A DNA stretch of 64,000 nt, taken from Candidatus Nomurabacteria bacterium. GTDB lineage: Bacteria > Patescibacteriota > Minisyncoccia > Phycocordibacterales > UBA9973. A program made the translations under genes and the position numbers. The stretch lies in the NCBI GenBank assembly GCA_023267435.1, contig JAHFNH010000001.1, positions 80,253 through 144,252 on the forward strand, written 5' to 3'. Numbering within the stretch: the stretch's first letter is position 1; every line of letters starts with the position of its first letter. Below the pieces are notes generated by a model. That model saw only the letters and a list, made by a program, of their open reading frames with translations, was not told where the DNA came from and did not search any database. Shown here piece by piece: positions 1 to 10,900 of the stretch.

Positions 1-2
1 AA

Positions 3-2228
3 GACAAGAAAGAAGAAATAATAAAACTGGAAGAAGAACTTGAATATTTTTTTAATTTTATTCCAGATATGCTGTCTATCAGCTCGGCAGACGGATACTT
101 CAAAAAAGTAAACAAAGAATGGGAGCGAGTTTTAGGCTATACGGAAAAAGAATTGTTGGCGAAGCCATTCATAAATTTCATCCACCCAGATGATGTGCAA
201 CCAACACTTGATATTATCGCTAAACAAGCTGTTAAATCAAACGTCCTAAATTTTATAAATCGTTATCGTGCCAAAGATGGATCTTACAAATGGTTTGAAT
301 GGACATCGGCGCCCGCAAAACAAAATGGAACGATATATGCCGTGGCCCGTGATATCACTAGTCGCAAATTAATAGAAATAGAGATCGTTCAAAAGAATCG
401 CATGTTACGAATATTGAGTAACATAAATCAACTATTAATTCATGCTAAAGATGAATCTTCATTATTAACGGAAGCTTGTCGTATTATCAACGAAATTGCA
501 GAATATCGGATGTTGTGGATAGGTTTTAAAGAAAATGACAAGAAAAAATCAATCAAACCGGTCGCTGTTATCGGTTTCGAATCCGGCTTTATTGAGTCTA
601 TACATCCAACATGGGAAGATGATGAAAACGGACATATTCCGGCTGGTATAGCAATACGCACAGGAAAAATGTTCATCTCTCAAGATATTTCTTTAGAATC
701 CTTTCCGGGCCATTGGAAAAATATTGCTTTGGAACACGGATATAACTCCGTCATTTCTTTTCCATTAAAAAACGGCGATCAAACCTTTGGCAGCCTTACT
801 ATCTTTGGCGATAAGAAAAATCATTTTTCTGAAGATGAAATAAAAATTTTGGACGAATTAGCGAATGACTTGGCTTTCGGAATTATTTCTTTACGAACAA
901 TTTCTGAACGCAAAGCACTAGAAACTGAATTACTGAAAGCAAGTGCTGACAGATATAAAGCGCTTTTCCTATCTTCCCGTGATGCTATCATGACGCTTGA
1001 ACCGCCGTCTTGGAAATTCACTTCTGGCAATCCTGCAACTATTAAAATGTTTCAAGCAAAAAATGAAGGTGATTTTCTAAACCACGAACCTTGGATTTTG
1101 TCTCCAGAATTTCAGTTGGACGGAAGCCGTTCAGATGAAAAAGCAAAGGCTATGATAAACCACGCGATGGAAAAAGGAACAAATTTATTTGAATGGACAC
1201 ACAAAAGATTGAACGGCGAAGAATTTCCAGCGGAAGTTTTACTGTCAAAAGTTCAACAAAATGGGAATTCCTATCTTCATGCCGTTGTCAGAGATATAAC
1301 CGAACGTAAAAAAATGGAAGAAAAATTAAAAGAATATGCGGAAGAGAAATTCAAGGCTATTTTTGATAATACATTGGATGGAATTCTCATAGCAGATGTG
1401 AAGACGAAAAGCCTTTACCTCGCTAACCCTGCACTTTGCAAAATGGTCGGCTATTCTCTTGAAGAAATTCAAAAAATGAATATTGCAAATATTCACCCGA
1501 AGGAAAACTTACCATATGTCATGGATAAATTTGAAAAACAAGTACGAGAAGAAATTAAGATGGCAGAAAATATTCAAGTTAAAAAGAAGGATGGTGGTCT
1601 TATTTATTGCGATATTAGTGCATCCCCAATAACACTATATGGGAAGAAATACCTTTTGGGTATTTTTAGGGATATTTCTGAACGCAAAAAAATGGAAGAC
1701 AATCTTCTTAAAAGCGAAAAGCATTACAAAGAAGCTCAACGAATAGGGCGTGTGGGCAGCTGGGAGTGGAACATAGCAACCGATACCATCATTTGGTCTG
1801 AGGAGTATTACGAACTTGTCGGTTTTGATCCAAAAAAATCTCCGCCAAATTACGCAGAGCATTTAAAAGTTTACACTCTCGAGAGCCAAGCACGATTAGA
1901 TGCTGCCGTAAAACACCAAACTAAAACTGGCCAGCCATACGAAGTCGATTTAGAATTTGTTAACCCTAAAAGTCCAACTCGATGGATTACAGCCCGCAGT
2001 GAAACTGTGTATGACGATAAGGGAAAAATTATCGGATTACGCGGAACAGCGCAAGATATTTCTTTGCGCAAAAAGGAAGAAGAAGATTTAAGAAAAACAA
2101 AAGAAAAATTACAACAAGAAATCATTGAATTGGAGAGATTTCAATCACTCGCCGTGCATCGAGAGCTGAAGATGGTTGAATTGAAAAATAAAATTAAAGA
2201 GCTCGAAGAAAAACTATTCGTAAAATAA
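3..2228 (+). CDS. Multi-PAS/GAF sensory protein, 5'-truncated by the window edge, no output domain visible
   Basis: Frame open from position 3; repeated PAS-PAC ends (RDITSRK, RDITERK, RDISERK, QDISLRK), a GAF domain, and a C-terminal coiled coil ending HRELKMVELK. Confidence 0.85.
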   Translation, partial: DKKEEIIKLEEELEYFFNFIPDMLSISSADGYFKKVNKEWERVLGYTEKELLAKPFINFIHPDDVQPTLDIIAKQAVKSNVLNFINRYRAKDGSYKWFEWTSAPAKQNGTIYAVARDITSRKLIEIEIVQKNRMLRILSNINQLLIHAKDESSLLTEACRIINEIAEYRMLWIGFKENDKKKSIKPVAVIGFESGFIESIHPTWEDDENGHIPAGIAIRTGKMFISQDISLESFPGHWKNIALEHGYNSVISFPLKNGDQTFGSLTIFGDKKNHFSEDEIKILDELANDLAFGIISLRTISERKALETELLKASADRYKALFLSSRDAIMTLEPPSWKFTSGNPATIKMFQAKNEGDFLNHEPWILSPEFQLDGSRSDEKAKAMINHAMEKGTNLFEWTHKRLNGEEFPAEVLLSKVQQNGNSYLHAVVRDITERKKMEEKLKEYAEEKFKAIFDNTLDGILIADVKTKSLYLANPALCKMVGYSLEEIQKMNIANIHPKENLPYVMDKFEKQVREEIKMAENIQVKKKDGGLIYCDISASPITLYGKKYLLGIFRDISERKKMEDNLLKSEKHYKEAQRIGRVGSWEWNIATDTIIWSEEYYELVGFDPKKSPPNYAEHLKVYTLESQARLDAAVKHQTKTGQPYEVDLEFVNPKSPTRWITARSETVYDDKGKIIGLRGTAQDISLRKKEEEDLRKTKEKLQQEIIELERFQSLAVHRELKMVELKNKIKELEEKLFVK

Positions 2229-2234
2229 ATTAAG

Positions 2235-2528
2235 TTATTTCACTGTCTTTTCTTCTCCCCAAATGCCATCTTTTTTATTGTAGATAAACACAATTCTTTT
2301 TTTAATATCAATTCCTATTGGCGCTGGTGCATCACCAGCCTTGAGCCAAACATTTTCATTGCTATCAGTAACTACTGTAACTTTGCCATCTTTAGAAAGA
2401 TTCTCGAAATCATAAATCAACGTCAAACTTTGCGAAGCAGGTTCCTTCCAACCGCTTTCAGTGAAGACAGTTTTCATTTCTTTTTTTGATTTTCTCTGCA
2501 AAATATCTACTAGTTCAAGTCCTGACAT
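2235..2528 (-). CDS. Hypothetical protein (97 aa)
   Basis: ATG ORF filling the gap between two genes; no recognisable motif. Confidence 0.6.
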   Translation of the reverse strand: MSGLELVDILQRKSKKEMKTVFTESGWKEPASQSLTLIYDFENLSKDGKVTVVTDSNENVWLKAGDAPAPIGIDIKKRIVFIYNKKDGIWGEEKTVK

Positions 2529-2636
2529 AAAATTTATGTGTTATTAATTAATGCTGAAATTATATCATCAATCTGTGTCTATGTAAAAAATAAGTCTTTT
2601 GTGATATACTCTTTTTTACATAAGTTAAATTAATAT

Positions 2637-3053
2637 ATGAGATCTCTTTTATTTCATTGTAAAGATTTTGGTTCGGTAATAACTGGTCTTTCTACAAGAC
2701 CAGAGAATATTGTTCATGGAGATATTTTAGATGAAAAACAATCATCTCATGATTGCATTCTCGCTTTTGTCACAATTGAAAAAGGTGATACGATAGAAAA
2801 ATCATCAAAACTTACACAAGAAATACTTAAATTTTGTAAAGACACAAACCATAATAATGTTTTTCTTTGTCCTTTCGCTCATCTTTCAAATAATCTCGCT
2901 CCAGCAAAAGAAGCCATAATTGTTTTGGAAAAGATTGTTAGTGAATTAAAAAATTCTGATGTTCATCTGACTGAGGGACACTTTGGCTCAGACAAAGAGT
3001 TACTAATTCACCTCTTTGGTCATCCAGGTAATGCAAGATATCGAGAATTTTAA
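2637..3053 (+). CDS. Free-standing archaeal-type threonyl-tRNA synthetase editing domain protein
   Basis: MRSLLFHC start, PFAHLSNNLA motif and GHP...YREF end, as in the tRNA-Thr_ED family. Confidence 0.8.
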   Translation: MRSLLFHCKDFGSVITGLSTRPENIVHGDILDEKQSSHDCILAFVTIEKGDTIEKSSKLTQEILKFCKDTNHNNVFLCPFAHLSNNLAPAKEAIIVLEKIVSELKNSDVHLTEGHFGSDKELLIHLFGHPGNARYREF

Positions 3054-3090
3054 AAATTCTTATTCATCAAATTTTGATATAATTAAGCAC

Positions 3091-3666
3091 ATGACTTTTA
3101 CAAATTTAGCTATATTAATTTTTGCTTCAGCGTCATACTTAATAGGTTTTTGGGCAATTTTAAAAAAAGGGTATCGTCCAAATCTATTTACGCGTGTTGT
3201 TTTTCTTTGTTTGGCTTTAAATAATCTTGCCAGTGTTATTAAATTAGATAATCAATATTCTACCCTTGTACTCGCATGGGTTACATTTCTTGGTTCATTG
3301 TTAATATTTTTTGGATCAATTTTATTTAAAGGTGAACGCCTTTGGAGTAAAAACGAAACTGTTTCAACAGTTCTTTTAATAATCAGTTTCCTTTTTTGGA
3401 TTTTTACTGATATTCCTTTAATTAATCTCTCAATAGGGTTAATTACACATCTTTTAGGTTCTCTGCCGACAGTTGTTCGTGTGATCAAAAAACCAGAGAG
3501 TGAAAATATTCCATTTTGGCTACTCTTTGCAATCGCAAGTATTATTACATTACTTTCTACACATAGTGGAAATATAAAGGACTATTTGTTTGCAATTTAT
3601 TTCTGTATTTTTGATAGTGCAATGACTATTCTTGCATTTAGAAAATATTTAACTAAAAAAGCTTAG
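3091..3666 (+). CDS. Multi-pass membrane protein
   Basis: About 6-7 hydrophobic segments; ATG 3091 lies 7 nt after TATAAT. Confidence 0.75.
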   Translation: MTFTNLAILIFASASYLIGFWAILKKGYRPNLFTRVVFLCLALNNLASVIKLDNQYSTLVLAWVTFLGSLLIFFGSILFKGERLWSKNETVSTVLLIISFLFWIFTDIPLINLSIGLITHLLGSLPTVVRVIKKPESENIPFWLLFAIASIITLLSTHSGNIKDYLFAIYFCIFDSAMTILAFRKYLTKKA

Positions 3667-3713
3667 TATTCAAAAAACTAATTCCAACTGTATTTTAAAT
3701 CAGCAGAAGATTT

Positions 3714-4511
3714 TTAAAATTTTAAAACTTCAAAAATATTTTTATCGTAATTCCATTGAACGGTAACATCATCTGATATATCCTTTTCATCGTTACTTAC
3801 CAGATTTACCATAAAAGAATCTTTATCTGTTGTTGAAATTTTATATCCATAAAAATTAGAAGTAACAGGAATTTCTGTGTCTTTGTTAATTTGATTAAAA
3901 AAACCTTTATCGTTTATTTCGTAAAATAAAATGTTTTTTCCGTCAATTTCCTTTACAACATAGATATTAGAAAATATATTTTTACCTATATCCACATAAG
4001 ATACATATATACTTCCAATAAGATCTTTCTCATCAAATAAATTATCTAACCAAACAGCTTCTCTCCCATCTATTATAATTTTAGGGTCTGGTTGCCAAAT
4101 AGACATAATAATCCTATCTTGTGCACATTTTATTAGTTCTGAATTTATTTCTTGTATAAATTTACCACCTTTCTTTATTCTCTTTTCCATTATAAATGGT
4201 CCATAGTTTGCTTGTATATAATTGTGATCCTCGATTACTTCCTGAAGCTTTTTTGCATCTAAATTATTAACAGAAATAGGTATTCCATTTACTTCATTTA
4301 TCTCAACTGCTTCCCACTCGCTTTCAGGAAATAATGATGAATTCACTTGTTCTAATAATCTTAAACATTCCGAAGGTTTGTTTGTGTAACCATCTTCTTT
4401 TACCCTAAGATGTTTATCTTGTAAGATAAAAACAAAAGTAATAATAAAAAGAATTAATACGAAAATCGAAGAAATTATCTTTCCAAGGTCTTTATTTGAA
4501 ATATTTTTCAT
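3714..4511 (-). CDS. Membrane-anchored hypothetical protein, possible RHS immunity or accessory factor
   Basis: N-terminal TM helix; second gene downstream of the RHS gene, overlapping the previous one. Confidence 0.6.
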   Translation of the reverse strand: MKNISNKDLGKIISSIFVLILFIITFVFILQDKHLRVKEDGYTNKPSECLRLLEQVNSSLFPESEWEAVEINEVNGIPISVNNLDAKKLQEVIEDHNYIQANYGPFIMEKRIKKGGKFIQEINSELIKCAQDRIIMSIWQPDPKIIIDGREAVWLDNLFDEKDLIGSIYVSYVDIGKNIFSNIYVVKEIDGKNILFYEINDKGFFNQINKDTEIPVTSNFYGYKISTTDKDSFMVNLVSNDEKDISDDVTVQWNYDKNIFEVLKF

Positions 4512-4971
4512 ATTCAGATTCTATGACTGTCATATCCACTTTTAGTGGATCTTTTTTTCCATCAAATAAAATCACTCCCCAATCATTCAAATTAATTTTT
4601 TCTCTATCTATTATAATTTTTTCTCCACTATCTTTTGTAAATTCTATATATCTTTTAATAGTAAAAATAGTTTTAATATTTTGTTTATTTAAAAAATTCC
4701 ATGCCAATTTCTGATAATACTGGGAATCAGCGACATATTCTTCGAGCCCTTTTCCATTTTCCTTGTTCATTTTATTAACCTCTGTTTCATTGGGTCCCAA
4801 AAACACTCCAACAATACCGTTTATCTGCAATGTATCATCTAAAGAACTTTGATTTTGAGTTTGATTATTTATAATATTGTTTTTTATATTTGTATTTAAT
4901 AAATAACCGAATAAGATTATTAATAAAATTGGTATAATTATTTTTATTATTTTTTTTGATTCAAGTTTCAT
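4492..4971 (-). CDS. Membrane-anchored hypothetical protein, candidate RHS immunity protein
   Basis: MKLESKK start 4 nt after the RHS stop; N-terminal TM helix; very AT-rich. Confidence 0.6.
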   Translation of the reverse strand: MKLESKKIIKIIIPILLIILFGYLLNTNIKNNIINNQTQNQSSLDDTLQINGIVGVFLGPNETEVNKMNKENGKGLEEYVADSQYYQKLAWNFLNKQNIKTIFTIKRYIEFTKDSGEKIIIDREKINLNDWGVILFDGKKDPLKVDMTVIESEYEKYFK

Positions 4972-4975
4972 ATTA

Positions 4976-7900
4976 TTAATTTTGTAAAATATTAAATCTT
5001 CGTAAATATTCATTAGGATTATGTTGATAAAGGCCATTGTCTATATGAACACCATCTACTCTATTAAAATCACCACCCCATCGAAGTCCGGAGTCATTTC
5101 TAACATCTCCAACAAAACCTTGAACTGGGTTTGGTAAAGAATTAAAACCTGAATTTAAACACGAGCTACCACACATAATATCTTTGTTATTATTTTTATA
5201 TTGAATATTTACATCAACAGCAGTACCAACATAATGAGCTGAATTTTCAGTAACTTCACCTTGTTTATGGTAAACATCTCCTGGTATTGGATCTCCTTTA
5301 ATTCTAACTCCAGAACTTTCTATTTGTAATTTTACATCATTTTTACCAGCATATTGATTCAATCTATTGAGATCTTTAGTAAAATCCACAGGTACTTTAT
5401 TTGTTGAATTAAGAAAATTGTTTCCTTTATAATTCACTAATGTAGTGCCAGAATCAGAAGTTGAAGTTTTTTGCCCAGATAAAACAGTTTGAGTCGAACC
5501 CTTACTAAGGAAAGAGTTAATCGAATTCAAAAAAGATTTTATTGCTGAAAGAACTGCTATTTTTCCACTTGGATCTTTCATATTCACCGGATTGTCTCTA
5601 GCATAACTATAACTGTTTTGCTGTTGAGGATCAAGAAGAAGTTCCTGTGGCAATTGCCAAAACATCGAATCTTGACTGATGAATTGCCCAACACCAGCTT
5701 TATAATATCTGGCATTTAGATAATCCAATCCCGTATCGGTATCATAAACCTGCCCGATATATTGCCTCTGAGTATTATATGTTCCTGAAGAAATTCTTTG
5801 ACTGCCGAATGGGAAATAATCCAAAAGCTGAACGCTTGTGCCAGTGGTGTTTGAAACGACATTCGTCGAACCTAAATGATCCGTATGCACATAATACGGA
5901 GTCACCACACCACCGACTGTTTCAACAGTTGCGACAAGCTGATCACCAATATAAATACTTTTAGTTTTTTTAGTTCCGTCCGTATTGTAGAAATTATTTG
6001 GATAATAAGTATTTACACTTCCCTTTTGCATTCTCACGCGATTGCCGGCATTGTCGTATTGATAAACTAGTGTGATTGAATTTTGCACTGGCTGAGCAAT
6101 AGGAGATCTGGAATTCGACAAGTTCACATTCTTTGTCACTTGAACTAACTCATTTTTATAATTCCAAGTATTTATGATAGTTCCGTCAGTTAATAAATTT
6201 CCATTTTTATCATAGGTATTCGTCACGCTATTTATCGAGGTAGCAGCATGAGGGTTCGCATAATTTGTGCCGGTGTTACCCTGATAAAGGTAATTTCCAA
6301 CATCAGATTTATTTAAAATATTTCCAACTGCATTATAAGTGAAATTCTGAGTGTAAGGTGTCTGACCTGCCGGCACACCCGTGGCAAAAGCTACAACTAA
6401 ACGATTCAAGTCATCATAAGCATACACGACATTTTTCGTGGCACTAGTATTTGAAGTATCGATAATTTGAATAATATTATTATCCATATCATACGTGTAA
6501 ACAATATTCTGTAAACTTATTCCATTTCCATTTGTTGTAAACTTATTACTCAAACGATACATTTGTGATGCATTATAAGTATTTGTGGTAGTGGTACCAT
6601 TTGCATAATTAATCACTGCGACCTGATTCATTGGAGAATAATCAATATTAGAAATAACATTCGTGAACGAGCCAGCATTTTCTTTACGCTCGATTTGATT
6701 CAAAAGTCCGGCAGTGTTAAATGTATATCGCACTTGAGCATTATCCGGGTAAGTCATTATAGTTACATTTCCCTGCTCGTCGTATACATAAGAAGTTACA
6801 AAAATATTGCTATTTATCGTCTTGGTTTCGCTGGTAATATTTCCATTTGAGTCATAAGTATATGAAATATTGGCACCGGACGGCATCACAATTCCACAAA
6901 TTTTACTGATACCATTCGTGCAAGAATCATAGAAATAAGAAATTTCTGTGCCTGTCGCACCGGTATAATTTTCTGTCAGCATGCGGTTAAGAACATCAAA
7001 AGTATAATTTGTTGTTTTAGCTTCCGGACTAACAGATTGTGTCATATTCCCCGCATTATCATAAGCATATGTCCATATGCCGAAAGTCGTATCGCCAGGA
7101 GTGTGTAAATCTTCGGCTGTTAATCTGCGTCCAAGTCCATCATAAGTAAAGTTGCGAACATTACTCAATGCATCGGTAATATTTTTTACTTTGCCATTTA
7201 AATTCCAAGAATATGCCGTTGTGTAAGTCGAGCCTGAATTATGTTCATCTACTCGAATTAAATTTCCACGCGCGTCACTGTATGTATCTTTTATTTTTCC
7301 GCGCGGATCAGTCACGGATATTTTCCAGAGATTGTAAACATAACTTGTCGTTCCGACAGAATTTACTGAGTTCAACACACGACCCATTGGATCATATATA
7401 TATATTGTGTAGAGAGAAACATTTGTATTTGGAAAAGTTTTTACTAATCCAGTTCCAGTGTAAGGCAAAGATTGTTTTTGAATCATTCCGAGATTGTTAT
7501 AGACATAATCGCTCACGTTAAAATTGTTTGATGTTTCAGTTTCCTTTCTGTTTTGAATAATTCTTCCCAATCCATCGAAGTATTGATATGTGTCGACAGA
7601 ATTTGAGGCATTCAGATAATCTGTTTTATGAATAGAAACCGCACCGGCAATGTCTGTGTAAACATATGCTGTTTTTGTGACAAGAATTGAAGGTGTGATT
7701 AGGTCAGGAACTTTTTCCACAAGCACTCGGTCGAGTCCGTCATATTCTGTCTTGTAAACAAAACCATTTTGATCAGTTATTTGTTTTGGCTTACCGAGCG
7801 AATAATTATATAAATAATTCACAGAGTGGTTGAGCGCATCAGTGACAGTGGCGGGATATAAATGGTACGAATCATAAGAATAAGAAGTCACATGGCCATT

Positions 7901-10900
7901 CTCATCAGTCAACGAAACGACATTGCCATAAACTCCGTCATAAGATTTTTGCGTGTTTACAAAAGTTATGCCAGTCAGCCATTTTTCTATTTTGGTTTGA
8001 TTGCCCAGGCCGACAGAACCCAGCGCCAGTCTGTCGTAATAATTGCGAGTTTCATTCACTTTCGCCCCATTCTGGTCAAACACTGTATCATCATACGGCA
8101 AGCCAGTGACATTGTTGCCAGTGTTTGCAATATACAAAATATTTTCAATTGATTTATCAGAACCAATATCGGTAAATGAACCATCGGTATTTGCCGTCAC
8201 CTCTCCCCAACTAGTTTTTTGAATTAAATTTCCATAAACGTTGTCGTAAGAATATTCTTCAGCTGTGTCTCGGTGACTACTAGTGCCATCATAAGTCAGC
8301 GCAGTCGTGCTAGTAAGTTTTACAAATTTATTGCCATTGCCTAAATCATAATCATCCCATTTATTTACAACAACCGAATACAAGTTGGTAGAACTGTCAG
8401 TTTTCTCTATCCTGTATGGTTGTCCGATTTTCCATTCGTCATCATTATATTCTCCATGAGAAGAATCTGTGCCGATCCCAGTATGATAATACGTCGCAGT
8501 TGTATTTCCAGCCGGATCTGTTTCAATCACTTTATTAAAACCGGCAAATTTTCTGTCGGTACTGCCGTTGAAAAAATACGATCCTCCTTGATAACTATAT
8601 GTGGTCGTTCCAGTATTTCCGTTTCCATCATTAGTGGTGATTTGATATGTTGTTGGCAAATTAAGCGGTAGACTTGGATTCAAGAGGTTCCCATTTCCAT
8701 CTTTATAGTGATTGCTCATTTTATAAGTAACATTTGTTTGCCCGCCGGTTGGAAGCGTGATAGAGGCAAGCAAGTCTACCGGAAGGGTTGTTTTATTAAA
8801 AAACACATTATTAGTTATATGATTAGTAATACCATCAAAATAATTACCTTGATTTAGAATATCCGCCTGACCATCACCGTTTGCATCAAATAGCAGTCCG
8901 GGATTTAAATCAATATAGTCATTTATTCCCAAGTTAGCACCCGTATTCCAATTAATATCCCAAACCCAGCTATGTCCCTGGTTGATATACACCTTAAGAT
9001 TGGTACAACTTGCGCCACAAGCTCCACCAAGTTGATATGGGTAAAGAATATCAACCAAACCATCGCCATTGATATCTTGAAAAATTTCCCGATTAAAAAC
9101 ATTTCCATTTTGAGTACGAGTTAAAATAATAAAATCTGAAGGAAGAGTGTAACTGGAATCTAAAACCCAACCTGTACCTGTATTTAAATAAACTGACTGA
9201 AACATTCCAGAGGGTTGTGCGGGTGGCACTCCGTAAGTTGATTTGATTATGTCAGCCAAACCATCACCATTCACATCAGCAAACACTTGGTCATTCAAAA
9301 ATTCTGGACTTGCAAAAGTCTGACCTACAGAAGCATTATATGTGCTGAAGTTAGAGCCCGTATCCCATGCAATACTCGTCGTCACAGGTGATGGCCAGAC
9401 AGAAACATCTTTAATATAATCAGAAAAACCATCGCCGTTTAAGTCGGCAACAGCCTGCGGATAACTAAAAGGAGGATTCCAACTTGGGTTCGCAGTCCAG
9501 CCTGAACCATTATTAAGATATGAAGCTTGAGCTCCCCAAGATGAATAAGGGTCGTTACGAACCATATCGTTCAACCCGTCACCATTCACATCTATAACTT
9601 TCGTACTAGCATCTCCCCAACCGTTGTTGTCATGCCGAGCAATCCATATATCGGAAGGAACCGAACGAGAAGTGTCCAATTGCCAGTTGTCAGATGATGG
9701 ATGATATAAATATATTCCCTTTGCAGAATTATAATAATAATCAACATTATTCCATGCTTGAATTAAATCAGTGTAACCATCGCCGTTCACATCGGCTGGG
9801 ATGGTTCCATTATGCGTATCAATAGGGATATATGTTGAACTTTGATTTGAAGGAGTAAAGCCAGAAGTGCCTTGTGTATATGAAAAAGAAGTTGCAGGCA
9901 AAGTCGTCACAGTACCATTAGTGTCTTGACCGGACTCTATTATACTTGAGAGCAAAGAGCGATTGGTATTAGTGCCAGCTATATAATTGAAAACATATTT
10001 CGAAGTCCAAGTGCCATTAACTTTCACATCGATCTCATTGATTAAATAATTGGTGGTACTTGGGAATCCAGCCGCCGCCGACATCATCGCATCAGATCGT
10101 GAAGAACTTCTCAAAAAATCAATTTCAAAAATACCACTACTTGCGGAGTGATTGGAATACGTTATTGTTGCAGGATATATTTGACTGGAATTTTTGTAAT
10201 AAGTGTAAGATATGAAATTTCCATTCGTGTCTTGCACGCTCTCCAGCATCCATTTGTAAACATGAGAAAAATTATTCGGATCATCCTGCCTTGTATTTGT
10301 ATTCGTTCCAAAAGTATAAATCGTTCCTGTCTTATCTGTAACCGTCCACATATTGCTACTAAAACTATATTTCAAAAAATCTCCTTTTTCTATTTTAGAG
10401 GCATAAGTACCGCCAGAAACATTTACCAAGTCCCCTGACAAACTGGAAGAAAAATAATTATCTGTAAATAAAGTGTTGGTGCCTTTTTTATTCACTCTTT
10501 GAATGTAAGGAATATTCATTGACCAGCCATATCCGAAAACACTATCTTGAATTAAATTTTGACTGTTGTACTGAAGAGATAAATTCGGCTGCGTATTATT
10601 GCGACCAGGTGGAACGGCAATAGTATAACTGTAAACCAATGCCCCAGTCGAAGGATCTGTTTGGGCAATACTTTTTTTAACATTAGCATACTCGTTTGTT
10701 TGATTCATTGGGCTGACAGTGGGATTGGGACTTTTATTTTTTTCAACAGTAGGTGTTAGTGTGTCTTCACTGGAAATAGTTCCTCCACTTGGTGCATCTT
10801 TTTTTATTGCAGAAATATTGTCTGTCGCTGTCACTTTTGCATTTATATCTTTCGCTGATAAATCAGGTAGAGCAACATCAGTAGTGTTCGTATCTGAAAC

